Below, piece after piece: positions 28,168 through 38,695 of a DNA stretch of 64,000 nucleotides; positions within the stretch are counted from its first letter, which is position 1; each line of letters starts with the position of its first letter. The stretch spans positions 29,167 through 93,166 of the forward strand of contig CAYOAT010000003.1 of assembly GCA_964402215.1 (NCBI GenBank), written 5' to 3'. The notes below the pieces were generated by a model. That model had not been told where the DNA came from and made no database searches. It was given only the letters and a program-made list of their open reading frames with translations. The DNA is from an uncultured Candidatus Saccharibacteria bacterium. Lineage in GTDB: Bacteria > Patescibacteriota > Minisyncoccia > Phycocordibacterales > JAACPR01. Made by a program: the position numbers and the translations under genes.

Positions 28168-28722
28168 ATGAAATTCTTAACACCATTTGTATACATAGCA
28201 CTAGCGATTACATTGTTCTTTATGATTATTAGTCCTGTAAATACAGAAAATCAAGCTTTAAGCCAAAAGATAAATGAAAATAAAGAGCGTTTAATTAATG
28301 CGAACAAACTTTACGATGCACAGGGTAAACTTAAAACTAGAAATAATGCTATCAGCCAGGCTGAGAGGGATGCGTTGCTAAAAATTCTTCCTGATGCCGT
28401 TGATAACGTAAAGTTGATTTTGGATATTTCAGAAATAGACACAACAATAGTCCCAAAAAACATTGGTGTGGGCGGAGAGGCAGTTGGTAATAACAGTGCA
28501 TCAAAAGCAAAAACGATTTCTGGTAATAATAATTACGGTTCAATACAGTTAAGTTTTGCTTTCACAACTAATTATCAAAATGTTAAGTCATTTATTAATA
28601 AACTTGAAGATTCTCTAAGAATAGTCGATATAACAGATTTAAAGATTTCGACATCAAATGTAGTTGACGGCGCATCACAATATAATGTCGCAATTAAATT
28701 AAATACGTACTGGTTACGTTAA
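28168..28722 (+). CDS. pilO: PilO-like bitopic membrane protein
   Basis: N-terminal TM followed by coiled-coil then ferredoxin-like region. Synteny. Confidence 0.5.
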   Translation: MKFLTPFVYIALAITLFFMIISPVNTENQALSQKINENKERLINANKLYDAQGKLKTRNNAISQAERDALLKILPDAVDNVKLILDISEIDTTIVPKNIGVGGEAVGNNSASKAKTISGNNNYGSIQLSFAFTTNYQNVKSFINKLEDSLRIVDITDLKISTSNVVDGASQYNVAIKLNTYWLR

Positions 28723-28732
28723 AAAATAAAAC

Positions 28733-29104
28733 ATGTTAGGACAATATAAAAAAATAATATTAGCCATAATCGTTGCAGTTATTGTTTTTGGTGCTTACTA
28801 TTTTCTTAACAAAGATGGCACAGATGCAAAAACAAGCACTGGCGTTGTAAAATCAGCTCCAATGGGTAAACAGACTAGTGAATCGGTTTTGGGAAATGAA
28901 ATTTTAAGTGTTCTTGGACGCGTTGAGAGAATTACACTTGATCGCGGAGTTTTTGATGATCAGGTTTATAAATATTTATCATCCGAGTACGCAAAAAAGA
29001 AACCAAAGGAAATCATTGAACAAGTTCCCGGTCGTGAAAATATATTTTCTCCTTACGTAAAAGATTCTTCCCTTAGTTCCGGAACAGTTTTAGATAATAA
29101 TTAA
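28733..29104 (+). CDS. Membrane-anchored hypothetical (PilP-like position)
   Basis: 123 aa, N-terminal TM. Between pilO and pilB. Confidence 0.3.
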   Translation: MLGQYKKIILAIIVAVIVFGAYYFLNKDGTDAKTSTGVVKSAPMGKQTSESVLGNEILSVLGRVERITLDRGVFDDQVYKYLSSEYAKKKPKEIIEQVPGRENIFSPYVKDSSLSSGTVLDNN

Positions 29105-29112
29105 AAATTAAT

Positions 29113-30828
29113 ATGGCTTTATTAGACTTTTTAGTCGAAAAAGGAGTTGTTGACCAAAAAAGCGTCAAAAAAATTAGCGATGAGATGAAAAGCTCAGGTG
29201 CTTCTTTAGATTCTATTTTGACAAAAAATAGTATTTCACCAAAAGATTTAATAAAAGCGAAAAGCGAATATTATAATGTCCCAATCGGTAATATTGAGGG
29301 TCATGATATTCCATTTGAAATTTTGAAATATATTCCCGAGGAGTCAGCTCGTCACTATCAATTTGCGCCTATTGGCAGAAAAGACGGGTTATTAGAAGTC
29401 GGTATGATTGATCCAAATAATATTCAAGCACGGGATGCTTTGAATTTTATTTCCTCAAAAGAAGACACTCCTTTTAAAGTTTTTCTTATAACCGAAGAAG
29501 ATCTTGAAAAAGTTCTTGAAGTGTACAAAAGTCTTTCGGGGGAGGTAACAAAGGCTTTGGGGGAATTGGAAGTCGATTTATCTAATGATGATGTTTTGGC
29601 AGCACCAAAACCTCGCCCAGGTGACAAAAATAGTGAAACACAAATTATTGAAGATGCACCGGTGACAAAAATCGTTGCAACGATTTTGCGTTATGCCGTT
29701 GAAGGGAATGCCTCTGATGTTCATATCGAGTCAATGAAGGATAAGGTCCGCGTTAGATTTCGAGTTGATGGTGAATTACACACAAGTCTGATTTTGCCAC
29801 CAAAAGTTTTGTCAGCCCTTGTAGCACGTGTCAAAATTTTGTCTCAAATGAAGCTTGATGAGAAACGAAAACCTCAAGACGGTCGTTTTTCAGCTCGAAT
29901 TGAAAATAGAAAAATTGATTTTCGTGTTTCAACTTTCCCTTCATATTATGGAGAAAAGGTTGTTATGAGAATTTTGGATCAAGAAAAAGGTGTTCTTTCA
30001 ATTGATCAACTTGGTTTGTCAGATAGAAATCTTGAATTGCTAAAAAATGCTATTACACGACCATACGGCATGATTTTGATTTCTGGCCCAACAGGATCAG
30101 GAAAATCAACGACACTTTATTCTGTACTAAAAGAAATAGATTGTGATACTCAAAATGTTTTGAGTCTTGAGGATCCGGTTGAATACAGTATTGATGGAGT
30201 CAGTCAGTCTCAGGTTTTTCCAGAAATTGGTTACACCTTTGCTAATGGTCTGCGTACAACTTTACGACAAGACCCTGACATAATCATGGTTGGTGAGATT
30301 CGTGATGCAGAAACAGCAAAATTGGCCATCCAAGCCGCATTAACTGGTCACCTTGTATTGTCTACAATTCACACTAACACCGCAGCAGGTATTGTTCCAC
30401 GACTAATAGACATGGGAGTTGATCCTTATTTGATTGCGCCAACTTTAATTTTGGGTATTGCTCAACGTTTGGTTAGAAAGATTTGTCCTGGTTCTGGTGA
30501 AGCGCTACCCGTAGAAGGTAGTATAAAAGAAATGATTACAAAGCAGTTTTCAGATTTGCCAGAACAGTATCGAACAAAAATTCCAACGGCTTCTGAATTT
30601 TTGAAAATAAAACCAAACACAACCTGTCCGACAGGAACACGTGGTCGTGAAGCGGTTTTTGAAATGTACGAAATGAATAGGGAATTGGAAAAAATCATTT
30701 TAACTGGACCTACAGAAAATGCTGTTTATGACGAAGCTCGTAAACAGGGAATGTTAACGATGAAGGAAGATGCCATTATCAAAGCTCTGAAAAAAGAAAT
30801 ACCGTTCGAGGAGGTAAACAAGCTATAA
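29113..30828 (+). CDS. pilB: Type IV pilus assembly ATPase PilB (GspE family)
   Basis: N-terminal GSPII_E_N-like domain. Walker A GPTGSGKSTTLY. Asp/His boxes. C-terminal CPxG/tetracysteine-like region (CPGSG...CPTG). Confidence 0.9.
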   Translation: MALLDFLVEKGVVDQKSVKKISDEMKSSGASLDSILTKNSISPKDLIKAKSEYYNVPIGNIEGHDIPFEILKYIPEESARHYQFAPIGRKDGLLEVGMIDPNNIQARDALNFISSKEDTPFKVFLITEEDLEKVLEVYKSLSGEVTKALGELEVDLSNDDVLAAPKPRPGDKNSETQIIEDAPVTKIVATILRYAVEGNASDVHIESMKDKVRVRFRVDGELHTSLILPPKVLSALVARVKILSQMKLDEKRKPQDGRFSARIENRKIDFRVSTFPSYYGEKVVMRILDQEKGVLSIDQLGLSDRNLELLKNAITRPYGMILISGPTGSGKSTTLYSVLKEIDCDTQNVLSLEDPVEYSIDGVSQSQVFPEIGYTFANGLRTTLRQDPDIIMVGEIRDAETAKLAIQAALTGHLVLSTIHTNTAAGIVPRLIDMGVDPYLIAPTLILGIAQRLVRKICPGSGEALPVEGSIKEMITKQFSDLPEQYRTKIPTASEFLKIKPNTTCPTGTRGREAVFEMYEMNRELEKIILTGPTENAVYDEARKQGMLTMKEDAIIKALKKEIPFEEVNKL

Positions 30829-30846
30829 TCTGATATAATTTTAAAT

Positions 30847-31233
30847 ATGGAAGAATCAAAAAAGATAAAAATAATGATAGTAGACGATGACAAATTTTTA
30901 CTTGATATGTATTCAAGAAAATTTTCTCAGAGTAATTATGAAGTAAATGTCTGTATTGGTTCAGACGATTGCTTGGAAAAACTTAAATCTGGTTTCGTTC
31001 CAGACATTTTAGTGCTTGATTTAATTATGCCAAAAATGGATGGAATATCTCTTTTCAAAGAAATTCAAAAGTTAAAACTTTCTCCAAAATCAAAAAATAT
31101 AATTTTGACTAACCAGGGACAGCAAAGTGATTTAGATAAAGTCAAAGATTTAGGAATCGATGGATATATTATAAAAGCACTGTATACACCGACAGAAGTT
31201 GTAGAAAAGATTAAAGAAATTTTTAATAAATAA
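30847..31233 (+). CDS. Stand-alone response-regulator receiver domain (CheY-like)
   Basis: KIMIVDDDKFLLDMY...DILVLDLIMPKMDGISLFKEI...KNIILTNQ: phospho-acceptor Asp and conserved Lys positions. Confidence 0.75.
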   Translation: MEESKKIKIMIVDDDKFLLDMYSRKFSQSNYEVNVCIGSDDCLEKLKSGFVPDILVLDLIMPKMDGISLFKEIQKLKLSPKSKNIILTNQGQQSDLDKVKDLGIDGYIIKALYTPTEVVEKIKEIFNK

Positions 31234-31239
31234 AATATT

Positions 31240-32304
31240 ATGGAAGGATACAAAAATAAACTTGATGAATTGATAAAGCTGGTTGTACAACAAAATGCTT
31301 CAGATTTGCATATTTCTGAGGGAAGAAAGCCTACTGTTCGAATTAATGGCGACCTTAACCCTGTGATGAAATATGAAGTGTCAGATCAAAAAGAAGTCAG
31401 AGAAATTTTGTATTCATTGATAAATTCTACTTTTAAAGAAAGATTTGAAAAAGAACAACAAATCGACTTTTCTTATGCGCACATTGATGGAACTAGATTT
31501 CGTGGAAATGGTTTTATTCAACAGGGTAAGATTGGAATTGTTTTGCGATTAATTCCGCGTGATATTAAATCAATAAAAGAATTAAATTTGCCACCAATTC
31601 TAGAAACTTTTGCAAGAAAAAAACAAGGATTTTTCTTGGTTGTAGGACCAGTAGGTGAAGGTAAATCAACTACGCTTGCTTCTATGATTGATTTGATTAA
31701 TTCAGAAAGACCAGAACACATAATTACAATCGAAGATCCAGTTGAATATGTTTATCATCCAAAAAAATCTATTATCGATCAGCGCGAAGTTGGTATTGAT
31801 ACAGATAGTTTTCATTCAGCATTGGTTGCGACATTCAGACAAGACGTTGATGTGATTTTGGTTGGTGAAATGCGTGATCGAGATACGATGGCTGCTGCTG
31901 TTACAGCTGCTGAAACCGGACACTTGGTTTTTTCAACACTTCATACAAATAATGCTTCACAAACAATTGATCGTATTATCGACAGTTTCCCAGCAGATCA
32001 ACAAGCACAAATTAGAATTCAACTTGCAAGCTCACTAATTGGAATTTTCTCACAAAGATTGATTCCAAGAATTTCTGGAGGAATGATTCCTGCTTACGAG
32101 CTTCTAATAAATAATAATGCTGTTTCAAACTTGATTCGAGAAAAGAGAACTCACGAAATTGATACAGTTATTGAAACAGGTTCAGAACTTGGAATGATTG
32201 ATATGAATAGAAATATGGCAGATTTGGTTCGTCGTGGCGAAATTACTGTCGAAAACGCCTTTTCAAATTCCTTCAGACCAAAAGTCTTAGAAAAAATGAT
32301 TTAA
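31240..32304 (+). CDS. pilT: Twitching-motility retraction ATPase PilT
   Basis: GPVGEGKSTTLASMID Walker A. Asp box. AIRNLIRE-like motif (AVSNLIREKRTHEI). Confidence 0.9.
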   Translation: MEGYKNKLDELIKLVVQQNASDLHISEGRKPTVRINGDLNPVMKYEVSDQKEVREILYSLINSTFKERFEKEQQIDFSYAHIDGTRFRGNGFIQQGKIGIVLRLIPRDIKSIKELNLPPILETFARKKQGFFLVVGPVGEGKSTTLASMIDLINSERPEHIITIEDPVEYVYHPKKSIIDQREVGIDTDSFHSALVATFRQDVDVILVGEMRDRDTMAAAVTAAETGHLVFSTLHTNNASQTIDRIIDSFPADQQAQIRIQLASSLIGIFSQRLIPRISGGMIPAYELLINNNAVSNLIREKRTHEIDTVIETGSELGMIDMNRNMADLVRRGEITVENAFSNSFRPKVLEKMI

Positions 32305-32308
32305 AATT

Positions 32309-33520
32309 ATGGCAACATATTATTACAAAGCATTAGATAAAGATGGAAATCAAAAAGACGGAACAGTTACAGCTGTAAACGTTGATGTGGCAATAAATTC
32401 ATTGCAACAGAGAGGATTTATTATTTCTGATATTAAATCAGACGAAGACCGGGCAGGTTTTCTTGGAAAAAATATTTCATTTTTTGAAAGAGTAAAACTA
32501 AGAGATTTGGTTATTATTTCAAGACAGATGGCGACTTTGTTTGAGGCCCAAATTTCTGCGCTTAGAATTTTTAGACTTTTGTCTGCTGAATGTGAAAATG
32601 CAAAATTAGGAAGAGCACTTGCAGGAGTGGGGGAAGACTTACAAGGAGGAAGTTCAATTTCTGCGGCCTTATCGAAATATCCAGATATTTTTTCTGGATT
32701 TTATATCAGCATGGTAAAGGCGGGTGAAGAGTCTGGTCGACTTGATCAAACTTTTTTGTTCCTTGCTGATTATTTGGATAGAACATATGAAATCACTTCA
32801 AAAGCTAAAAATGCTTTTATTTACCCAGCTTTCATTGTTTTCACTTTCTTTGCGGTTATGGGATTGATGTTAACAATGGTTATTCCAAAGATTAGTGCTA
32901 TTTTGATTGAATCAGGACAAGCAATTCCGGTGTATACAAAAATTATTATTGGTATTTCAAATTTTTTGGTTGATTACGGTATATTTTTCTTGATTGCACT
33001 TGTTATTGGTGGATACTTCTTGTATCGATTTGTTCAAACAGGACCAGGAAAAGAATCGTTGGATCAGTTCAAACTTTCTATACCAGTACTTGGAAACCTA
33101 TATTCAAAGTTATATTTGGCTAGAATTTCAGACAATTTGAATACAATGCTATCCAGCGGTATTCCAATGGTTAAATCACTAGAATTAACACAGGATGTCG
33201 TCGATAATGATTTGTATAAAAATGCTGTTGCACAGAGTGTGGAGGATGTGAAGGCGGGTTTGCCATTGTCTGGGGCTTTTGCAAAACATGAAATTTTTCC
33301 TGGCATCATTATTCAATTGATTAAAGTTGGTGAAGAAACTGGTAACCTCGGAGAAATTTTGGGTACGTTAGCAAAGTTTTATCAAAGAGAAGTTACAAAT
33401 GCCGTTGATACATTAGTTGGTTTGATTGAACCGATAATGATCGTGATGCTTGCCGTTGGAGTAGGATTCTTGTTGGCTTCGGTTTTGATCCCAATTTACA
33501 ATATCAGTTCTGCTTTCTAA
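32309..33520 (+). CDS. pilC: Type IV pilus platform protein PilC (GspF family)
   Basis: Two GspF repeats, 3 TM. 403 aa. Terminator hairpin gacaacgagaaatcgttgtc+T-run at ~33535-33570. Confidence 0.85.
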   Translation: MATYYYKALDKDGNQKDGTVTAVNVDVAINSLQQRGFIISDIKSDEDRAGFLGKNISFFERVKLRDLVIISRQMATLFEAQISALRIFRLLSAECENAKLGRALAGVGEDLQGGSSISAALSKYPDIFSGFYISMVKAGEESGRLDQTFLFLADYLDRTYEITSKAKNAFIYPAFIVFTFFAVMGLMLTMVIPKISAILIESGQAIPVYTKIIIGISNFLVDYGIFFLIALVIGGYFLYRFVQTGPGKESLDQFKLSIPVLGNLYSKLYLARISDNLNTMLSSGIPMVKSLELTQDVVDNDLYKNAVAQSVEDVKAGLPLSGAFAKHEIFPGIIIQLIKVGEETGNLGEILGTLAKFYQREVTNAVDTLVGLIEPIMIVMLAVGVGFLLASVLIPIYNISSAF

Positions 33521-33572
33521 TTTTATTGCGAAAATTTGCAAAAAGAAAAGACAACGAGAAATCGTTGTCTTT

Positions 33573-33773
33573 TTAAAATGGTCGGAATTCTATGAGGGAA
33601 ATTCCGCAAGCCCATCTGGTTTTTGAGAGAGGATACCCCATCAACCTGCTCACGTCTTTATGGCCATCAATAATCATGATGACCAGTATAAATAATACGA
33701 ACAGGATCATTAGGGCACAAAAGCCCATATTGGTCCCAAGAACGCACATTATCTTGTCCATCTTTCTTCTCAT
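33573..33773 (-). CDS. Small membrane protein
   Basis: 66 aa hydrophobic ORF. Confidence 0.2.
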   Translation of the reverse strand: MRRKMDKIMCVLGTNMGFCALMILFVLFILVIMIIDGHKDVSRLMGYPLSKTRWACGISLIEFRPF

Positions 33774-33961
33774 ATGATTTTAAGTAGCTTTATGGCTACT
33801 TAATCCTTTGTGTTTGTTGTTTGTACAGTACTCCCAGTATTAAACGCTATCACCTTATAGAAAGGTGTCAAAGGCTCTTGTTAGACGCATCAATTATCAC
33901 AAATTATGTGTATTTATCTTGAATAAAGGTATAAAAAACGATACTATTCAAGTTAACGTTT

Positions 33962-35392
33962 ATGGCAAAATATATTACAACTATTGGTCTTGAAATACAT
34001 GCAGAATTAAAAACCAAAACAAAGATGTTTTGCGATTCTATTAATGATCCAGATGAAACAGAACCGAATGTTAATGTTTGCTCAATTTGTCTTGGTCATC
34101 CTGGAACTTTACCTACACTAAATAAAGAAGCGATTAAATTGGTTTTGAAAATTGGTCATTCTATTAATGCAGAAATTGCTGATTATACAGAATGGGATAG
34201 AAAAAATTATTTTTATCCTGATATTCCAAAAGGTTATCAAATCAGTCAGTATAAATATCCACTAGTTCGGGGCGGAAATATTCGTGGCATAGATATAACC
34301 AGAATTCATTTGGAGGAAGATACAGGAACCTCTGTTCATGATCGTGGTGAATATTCTTTGATAAATTATAATCGTGCCGGTGTTCCATTAATGGAACTTG
34401 TTACAGAACCTGTCATTCATTCTGCAAAAGACGCTGTTGATTTTGCAAAGGAATTGCAACTGTTGCTTCGTTATCTGGGTGCGTCAGAAGCAAACATGGA
34501 AAAGGGTGAAATGCGCGTAGAGGCTAATATTTCTATTGCCCCAGAAGAATCAAAAAAACTTGGTACAAAAGTTGAAGTTAAAAATTTGAATTCATTCAAG
34601 ACTGTTGAAAGAGCAATTGAATATGAAGTAAAAAGAATGACTGATTTATTAGAACAAGGAAAAGGATCAGAAATTATCCAAGAAACTAGAGGATGGGATG
34701 ATAGTAAACAAAAAACTTATAGCCAAAGAATAAAAGAGAGCAGCGATGATTATCGATATTTTCCAGAACCAGATTTACCGAAACTAAAAATTTCGGAAAT
34801 TCCAGAATTTTCTCGTGAAATTTTAACTAAAGAATTACCTGAATTACCTTGGCAGAAAAGGGATAGACTGCTTGGCCTAAAATTAGGCAAAGACCAAGTT
34901 GAAACATTTGTAGTTGATCAAAAACTTTCAAAATTATTTGATGAAATTTTACTTGTTCTAAAAGATGAGAAAGAAATAAAATTGGCGGCAAATTATATAA
35001 CAACAGATTTAATTTCATTATTAAAATCTGAAGATTCTGAAAATATAATTGATAAATTAAATATTTCTGCAAATCAAATCATTGAATTAGTTAAAATGAT
35101 TTCTGGTGGAGAGATTTCCTCTCGTGGGGCAAAAGATACTCTCGCAATTCTAGTAAAGGAAGGTGGTTCTCCAAAAGAAATTGCCAAGAATAATAATTTT
35201 ATTCAACAAAGCGATTTGGGAGCCCTTGAAATTGCCGTTAAAAAGATTATCGCCGACAATAAAAAAGTTGTTGATGAATATAAATCTGGGAAAGAAGCCT
35301 CTTTACAATTTTTGATTGGGCAGGGAATGAAGGAAACAAAAGGTTCAGCTAATCCAAAGATTCTCTCTGACCTATTTAAAAAATTAATTTAG
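33962..35392 (+). CDS. gatB: Aspartyl/glutamyl-tRNA(Asn/Gln) amidotransferase subunit B
   Basis: MAKYITTIGLEIHAELKTKTKMFC... through C-terminal YqeY-like tail. 476 aa. Confidence 0.9.
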   Translation: MAKYITTIGLEIHAELKTKTKMFCDSINDPDETEPNVNVCSICLGHPGTLPTLNKEAIKLVLKIGHSINAEIADYTEWDRKNYFYPDIPKGYQISQYKYPLVRGGNIRGIDITRIHLEEDTGTSVHDRGEYSLINYNRAGVPLMELVTEPVIHSAKDAVDFAKELQLLLRYLGASEANMEKGEMRVEANISIAPEESKKLGTKVEVKNLNSFKTVERAIEYEVKRMTDLLEQGKGSEIIQETRGWDDSKQKTYSQRIKESSDDYRYFPEPDLPKLKISEIPEFSREILTKELPELPWQKRDRLLGLKLGKDQVETFVVDQKLSKLFDEILLVLKDEKEIKLAANYITTDLISLLKSEDSENIIDKLNISANQIIELVKMISGGEISSRGAKDTLAILVKEGGSPKEIAKNNNFIQQSDLGALEIAVKKIIADNKKVVDEYKSGKEASLQFLIGQGMKETKGSANPKILSDLFKKLI

Positions 35393-36631
35393 TAGTTGAG
35401 TTAAATAAAATACTCCAAGTCCGATAAATACAATTGCTTGAACAAGAGCAAGGTGTTTTGTTATTTTTTGACCACCGACCCAGATTTTCATTGCAAAGAC
35501 ACCAATTAAAAATACAACAATTTCATCTATTAAATACAAAGCCATGTATACAATTAAGTAAGATATTTTTGCCCATAAACCGATACCTGCCTCAGTCAAA
35601 ATTGCCGCAAAGGCCACCGGTATCACGGCTGAACATGGAAATTCAATAATTGTTACAGCAAACGAAAACAGAATTACAGCTAGTCCAATTATCCAGATAT
35701 TCTTGTTTTCATTAAAGGCGTTTTGTAATTTTTTTGTAACTTTTTTAATCCATTCAGATTCAGTCATCTCGCACATCGGACCGTATTTTAAAAATCTTAT
35801 GTATTGTCTGATGAAATAAATACCGCCGATAATACCCATTGCTCCAATTATTACCTGAAGTACTGTGACAAAAGATGAGAAAAAACTAAACAAACCAAAC
35901 CATAAAAATATAAGTGCAGCATAAGTTACTCCGGTAATAACAAGGAAAATCGCCCCAAATAAAAATGTTTTTTTTCTTGATTTAAAAACAAAAACCAGAC
36001 TTAGAATTAATAGTAATGCGCCGAGTGAACAAACATTAAATCCGTCAAAGAATCCAAGGGTGACCGCCAAAACAGGCAACGAAAGATCTTTGGCATTAAT
36101 TCCGAAGAGACTCAAATTACTTAGTTGGTTGATCGTTGTGTAGTTTTTATCAACATTTTCTGTTGTTTCAGATGAAACAACGCACGCCTCTTTTGTATCC
36201 TCGCATATTTCGTTTTGTTTTATTGGTTCTGCTATTTTTTTATCGACTAATTCCGTGATTGTTATTCCAGTGGTTTCAGCAGTATTAAAGCCAATCACAA
36301 ATGAATCACCAACAAATGTTAGTGGCACAACCCCAAGATATTCTTTAACATCATATTTTTCACCAAATTTCTTTAATAAATTAGTTGTCGCTTTTTCGGC
36401 GATATCATGCTTGTTTATTTTTAATTCAGGATATTTTATTTGCAGCTCACTTAGGAATTTTTGTTCTTCATGACAATGTGGGCATGTTTGGCTGTAAAAG
36501 AAGTTAATATCTGCATTATCGTCGGCAATATTATTAGATGTATCTGAAATTAATATAAAGAAAAAACCAATGATAAATACCAAAATAATCCCAAGAACGG
36601 TTAATAATGCTCTTTTTAATGAATAGGTCAT
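35384..36631 (-). CDS. Thioredoxin-like (CxxC) domain fused to DsbD/CcdA-type transmembrane thiol-disulfide transporter
   Basis: N-terminal TM, periplasmic thioredoxin-like region with SQTCPHCH motif, then ~7 TM segments with conserved Cys (FNVCSLGALL; EFPCSAVIP) typical of DsbD core/CcdA. Confidence 0.5.
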   Translation of the reverse strand: MTYSLKRALLTVLGIILVFIIGFFFILISDTSNNIADDNADINFFYSQTCPHCHEEQKFLSELQIKYPELKINKHDIAEKATTNLLKKFGEKYDVKEYLGVVPLTFVGDSFVIGFNTAETTGITITELVDKKIAEPIKQNEICEDTKEACVVSSETTENVDKNYTTINQLSNLSLFGINAKDLSLPVLAVTLGFFDGFNVCSLGALLLILSLVFVFKSRKKTFLFGAIFLVITGVTYAALIFLWFGLFSFFSSFVTVLQVIIGAMGIIGGIYFIRQYIRFLKYGPMCEMTESEWIKKVTKKLQNAFNENKNIWIIGLAVILFSFAVTIIEFPCSAVIPVAFAAILTEAGIGLWAKISYLIVYMALYLIDEIVVFLIGVFAMKIWVGGQKITKHLALVQAIVFIGLGVFYLTQLLN

Positions 36632-36673
36632 AATTAGAAAGATTATATCAGTTTTTTAAAAATTTGTTATAAT

Positions 36674-37966
36674 TTGCTTACTATGAAAAATGGAAAATTT
36701 CCAGTTAATCCTGGACCGGAAGATTTTAAAAATTACAAATTTGAGGTTGAAATGGACAAAGAAACAGGCGCAGATAATGGCGAAACCATTGAAAATACTG
36801 AGGAAACAATGAATGTTAACCTTGATGTAATACTTGATGATAAAAATTTTGTTGATTACTTGTCAAAATTTCCAGACGCTGGGGTACTTGATCTTTCTGA
36901 TGAAAATTCAATAGAAATTGCAAAACGATACGAAACATTTAAAAAAGTTGGACAAATGGCTGAATCTTTAAAGGGAATTTATTCTTCCGAGCTAGAGTCA
37001 GAGATTGGTATCGCCGGGGCCAAATTTGAGGAAATTGATGGGTTGATTTATCTAATCTCCATAGAGGATCCGGATAAATTCAAAGCACTTTCAGAAGGTG
37101 TGTCTAGAAATAAAGCGCTAAAGGAAGCTGTTGCCAAAGAAAAAGGAACAATGGCAGAATCATTCGGGCTAAGTTCAACAGAAGATTTGAAAAATAAAAT
37201 CACTGAAACGAAAGAAAAAGTGGATAATCTTATTAATGAACGTAATGCCGATACAGTGAGGATGCGTGAAATAAGGGGTCGTTTTATCGCCAGATTATTC
37301 TCTGGAAAACTATTAGACGAGGAGGATGCCTTGTTTGAAAGTAGAAATAAAAAGATGGGAGAGATTATTGAGCTTCAAGAGTTGGTTAAAAAAATGGAGG
37401 AATCTGAAAACAACATTGAACATCTCGATAAATCGTCTGAGTCACAACGAGAGAGTCTAATTTACTCAGGACTTATTCCTTTGGAAGTTTACACAGATAC
37501 AATGAGAAAAGTTGTAACTGATGCATTAATTGATATTGAGAATTCTGGATCAGGTGAAAAGGTAAAGGGTGCAAAAAAAGAAAAAACTATAGATGACTTG
37601 GGTGGATTTGCTGATTTATTGAATAAAGTGATGGAATCAAAGGGATATAAAATTGATAATGACGCTTTGAATAAGAGTAAGTATGAAGAGCTAACAGCAA
37701 AATATAAACTTGAGTTAACTAAAAAAATTGATGCGTTAATTTCAAGATCAATTGATTTAATTAAAGATACACCTCTTACAATTATTGAGGTAGGTATTAA
37801 TGCTATTTTAGCAAAACACAAATTTGACGTCGGTGCCGAGATATCATCTGAAAAATTTGTTGTTAATATTTTGGCAGAGAGGGAGGCTAAAGAAAAAGAT
37901 CTTTCAAAGAAATTAATGATTCGTCGATTATTGGCAAAATACAAAGCACGGGTTTCTAAAAAATAA
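36674..37966 (+). CDS. Hypothetical acidic coiled-coil protein
   Basis: 430 aa, Glu/Lys-rich, predicted coiled coils. No motif recognised. Confidence 0.3.
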   Translation: MLTMKNGKFPVNPGPEDFKNYKFEVEMDKETGADNGETIENTEETMNVNLDVILDDKNFVDYLSKFPDAGVLDLSDENSIEIAKRYETFKKVGQMAESLKGIYSSELESEIGIAGAKFEEIDGLIYLISIEDPDKFKALSEGVSRNKALKEAVAKEKGTMAESFGLSSTEDLKNKITETKEKVDNLINERNADTVRMREIRGRFIARLFSGKLLDEEDALFESRNKKMGEIIELQELVKKMEESENNIEHLDKSSESQRESLIYSGLIPLEVYTDTMRKVVTDALIDIENSGSGEKVKGAKKEKTIDDLGGFADLLNKVMESKGYKIDNDALNKSKYEELTAKYKLELTKKIDALISRSIDLIKDTPLTIIEVGINAILAKHKFDVGAEISSEKFVVNILAEREAKEKDLSKKLMIRRLLAKYKARVSKK

Positions 37967-37968
37967 AT

Positions 37969-38202
37969 ATGTCTACATCTGATATTAAAAAAGAAATAAA
38001 TAATTTAATCGATGATCAGAAAACTGATAATAACAGCATCATAAATTCTATAATTGCGCATATCAATGCGGAGAATATCCTTTTGGAGGAATATAAAAAC
38101 AGGCTCGCGGAATTAAATGATGTTTTGAAAAAGATGGAAGAAGTACATCGTACGGTTTCTGAAAAAATAAATCTTGAGGAGGTGAGAAAAAAATTGAAAT
38201 AA
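37969..38202 (+). CDS. Hypothetical small coiled-coil protein
   Basis: 77 aa, immediately downstream (1-nt gap) of preceding ORF. Confidence 0.25.
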   Translation: MSTSDIKKEINNLIDDQKTDNNSIINSIIAHINAENILLEEYKNRLAELNDVLKKMEEVHRTVSEKINLEEVRKKLK

Positions 38203-38215
38203 CAATATTAATCTA

Positions 38216-38695
38216 ATGACCACAAAAATTCACATAGGGGCTGATCACGCGGGTTTTGAATTAAAAGAGGAACTTATCAAATTTCTAGAAAAATCTGATT
38301 ACGAGGTAACTGATTATGGGGCTTATGAATATGATGAAGATGATGATTATACAGATTTTGTTTTTCCTGTAGCCAAGGCAGTTTCAATTGACCCAGAGTC
38401 AAAAGGAATCGTAATAGGTGGTTCAGGTCAAGGAGAAGCAATGGCCGCAAATAGACTTCCTGGAATTCGTGCCGCCGTTTTTAATGGACAATACGAACCT
38501 GCGGATGGTCGGGAAGTACCGAATGAAATTGTTCTATCTCGTGAACATAACGATGCAAATATTTTATCTTTAGGGGCTAGATTTTTATCTATTGATGAAG
38601 CGAAGGAAGCGGTAGAATTGTGGCTTGAAACGGAATTTTCTGGTGATGAAAGGCATGTTCGCCGAATTTCTAAAATTGAACAATTTGGTCTATGA
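38216..38695 (+). CDS. rpiB: Ribose-5-phosphate isomerase B (RpiB/LacAB family)
   Basis: KIHIGADHAGFELKEEL...GIVIGGSGQGEAMAANRLPGIRAA. Confidence 0.8.
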   Translation: MTTKIHIGADHAGFELKEELIKFLEKSDYEVTDYGAYEYDEDDDYTDFVFPVAKAVSIDPESKGIVIGGSGQGEAMAANRLPGIRAAVFNGQYEPADGREVPNEIVLSREHNDANILSLGARFLSIDEAKEAVELWLETEFSGDERHVRRISKIEQFGL

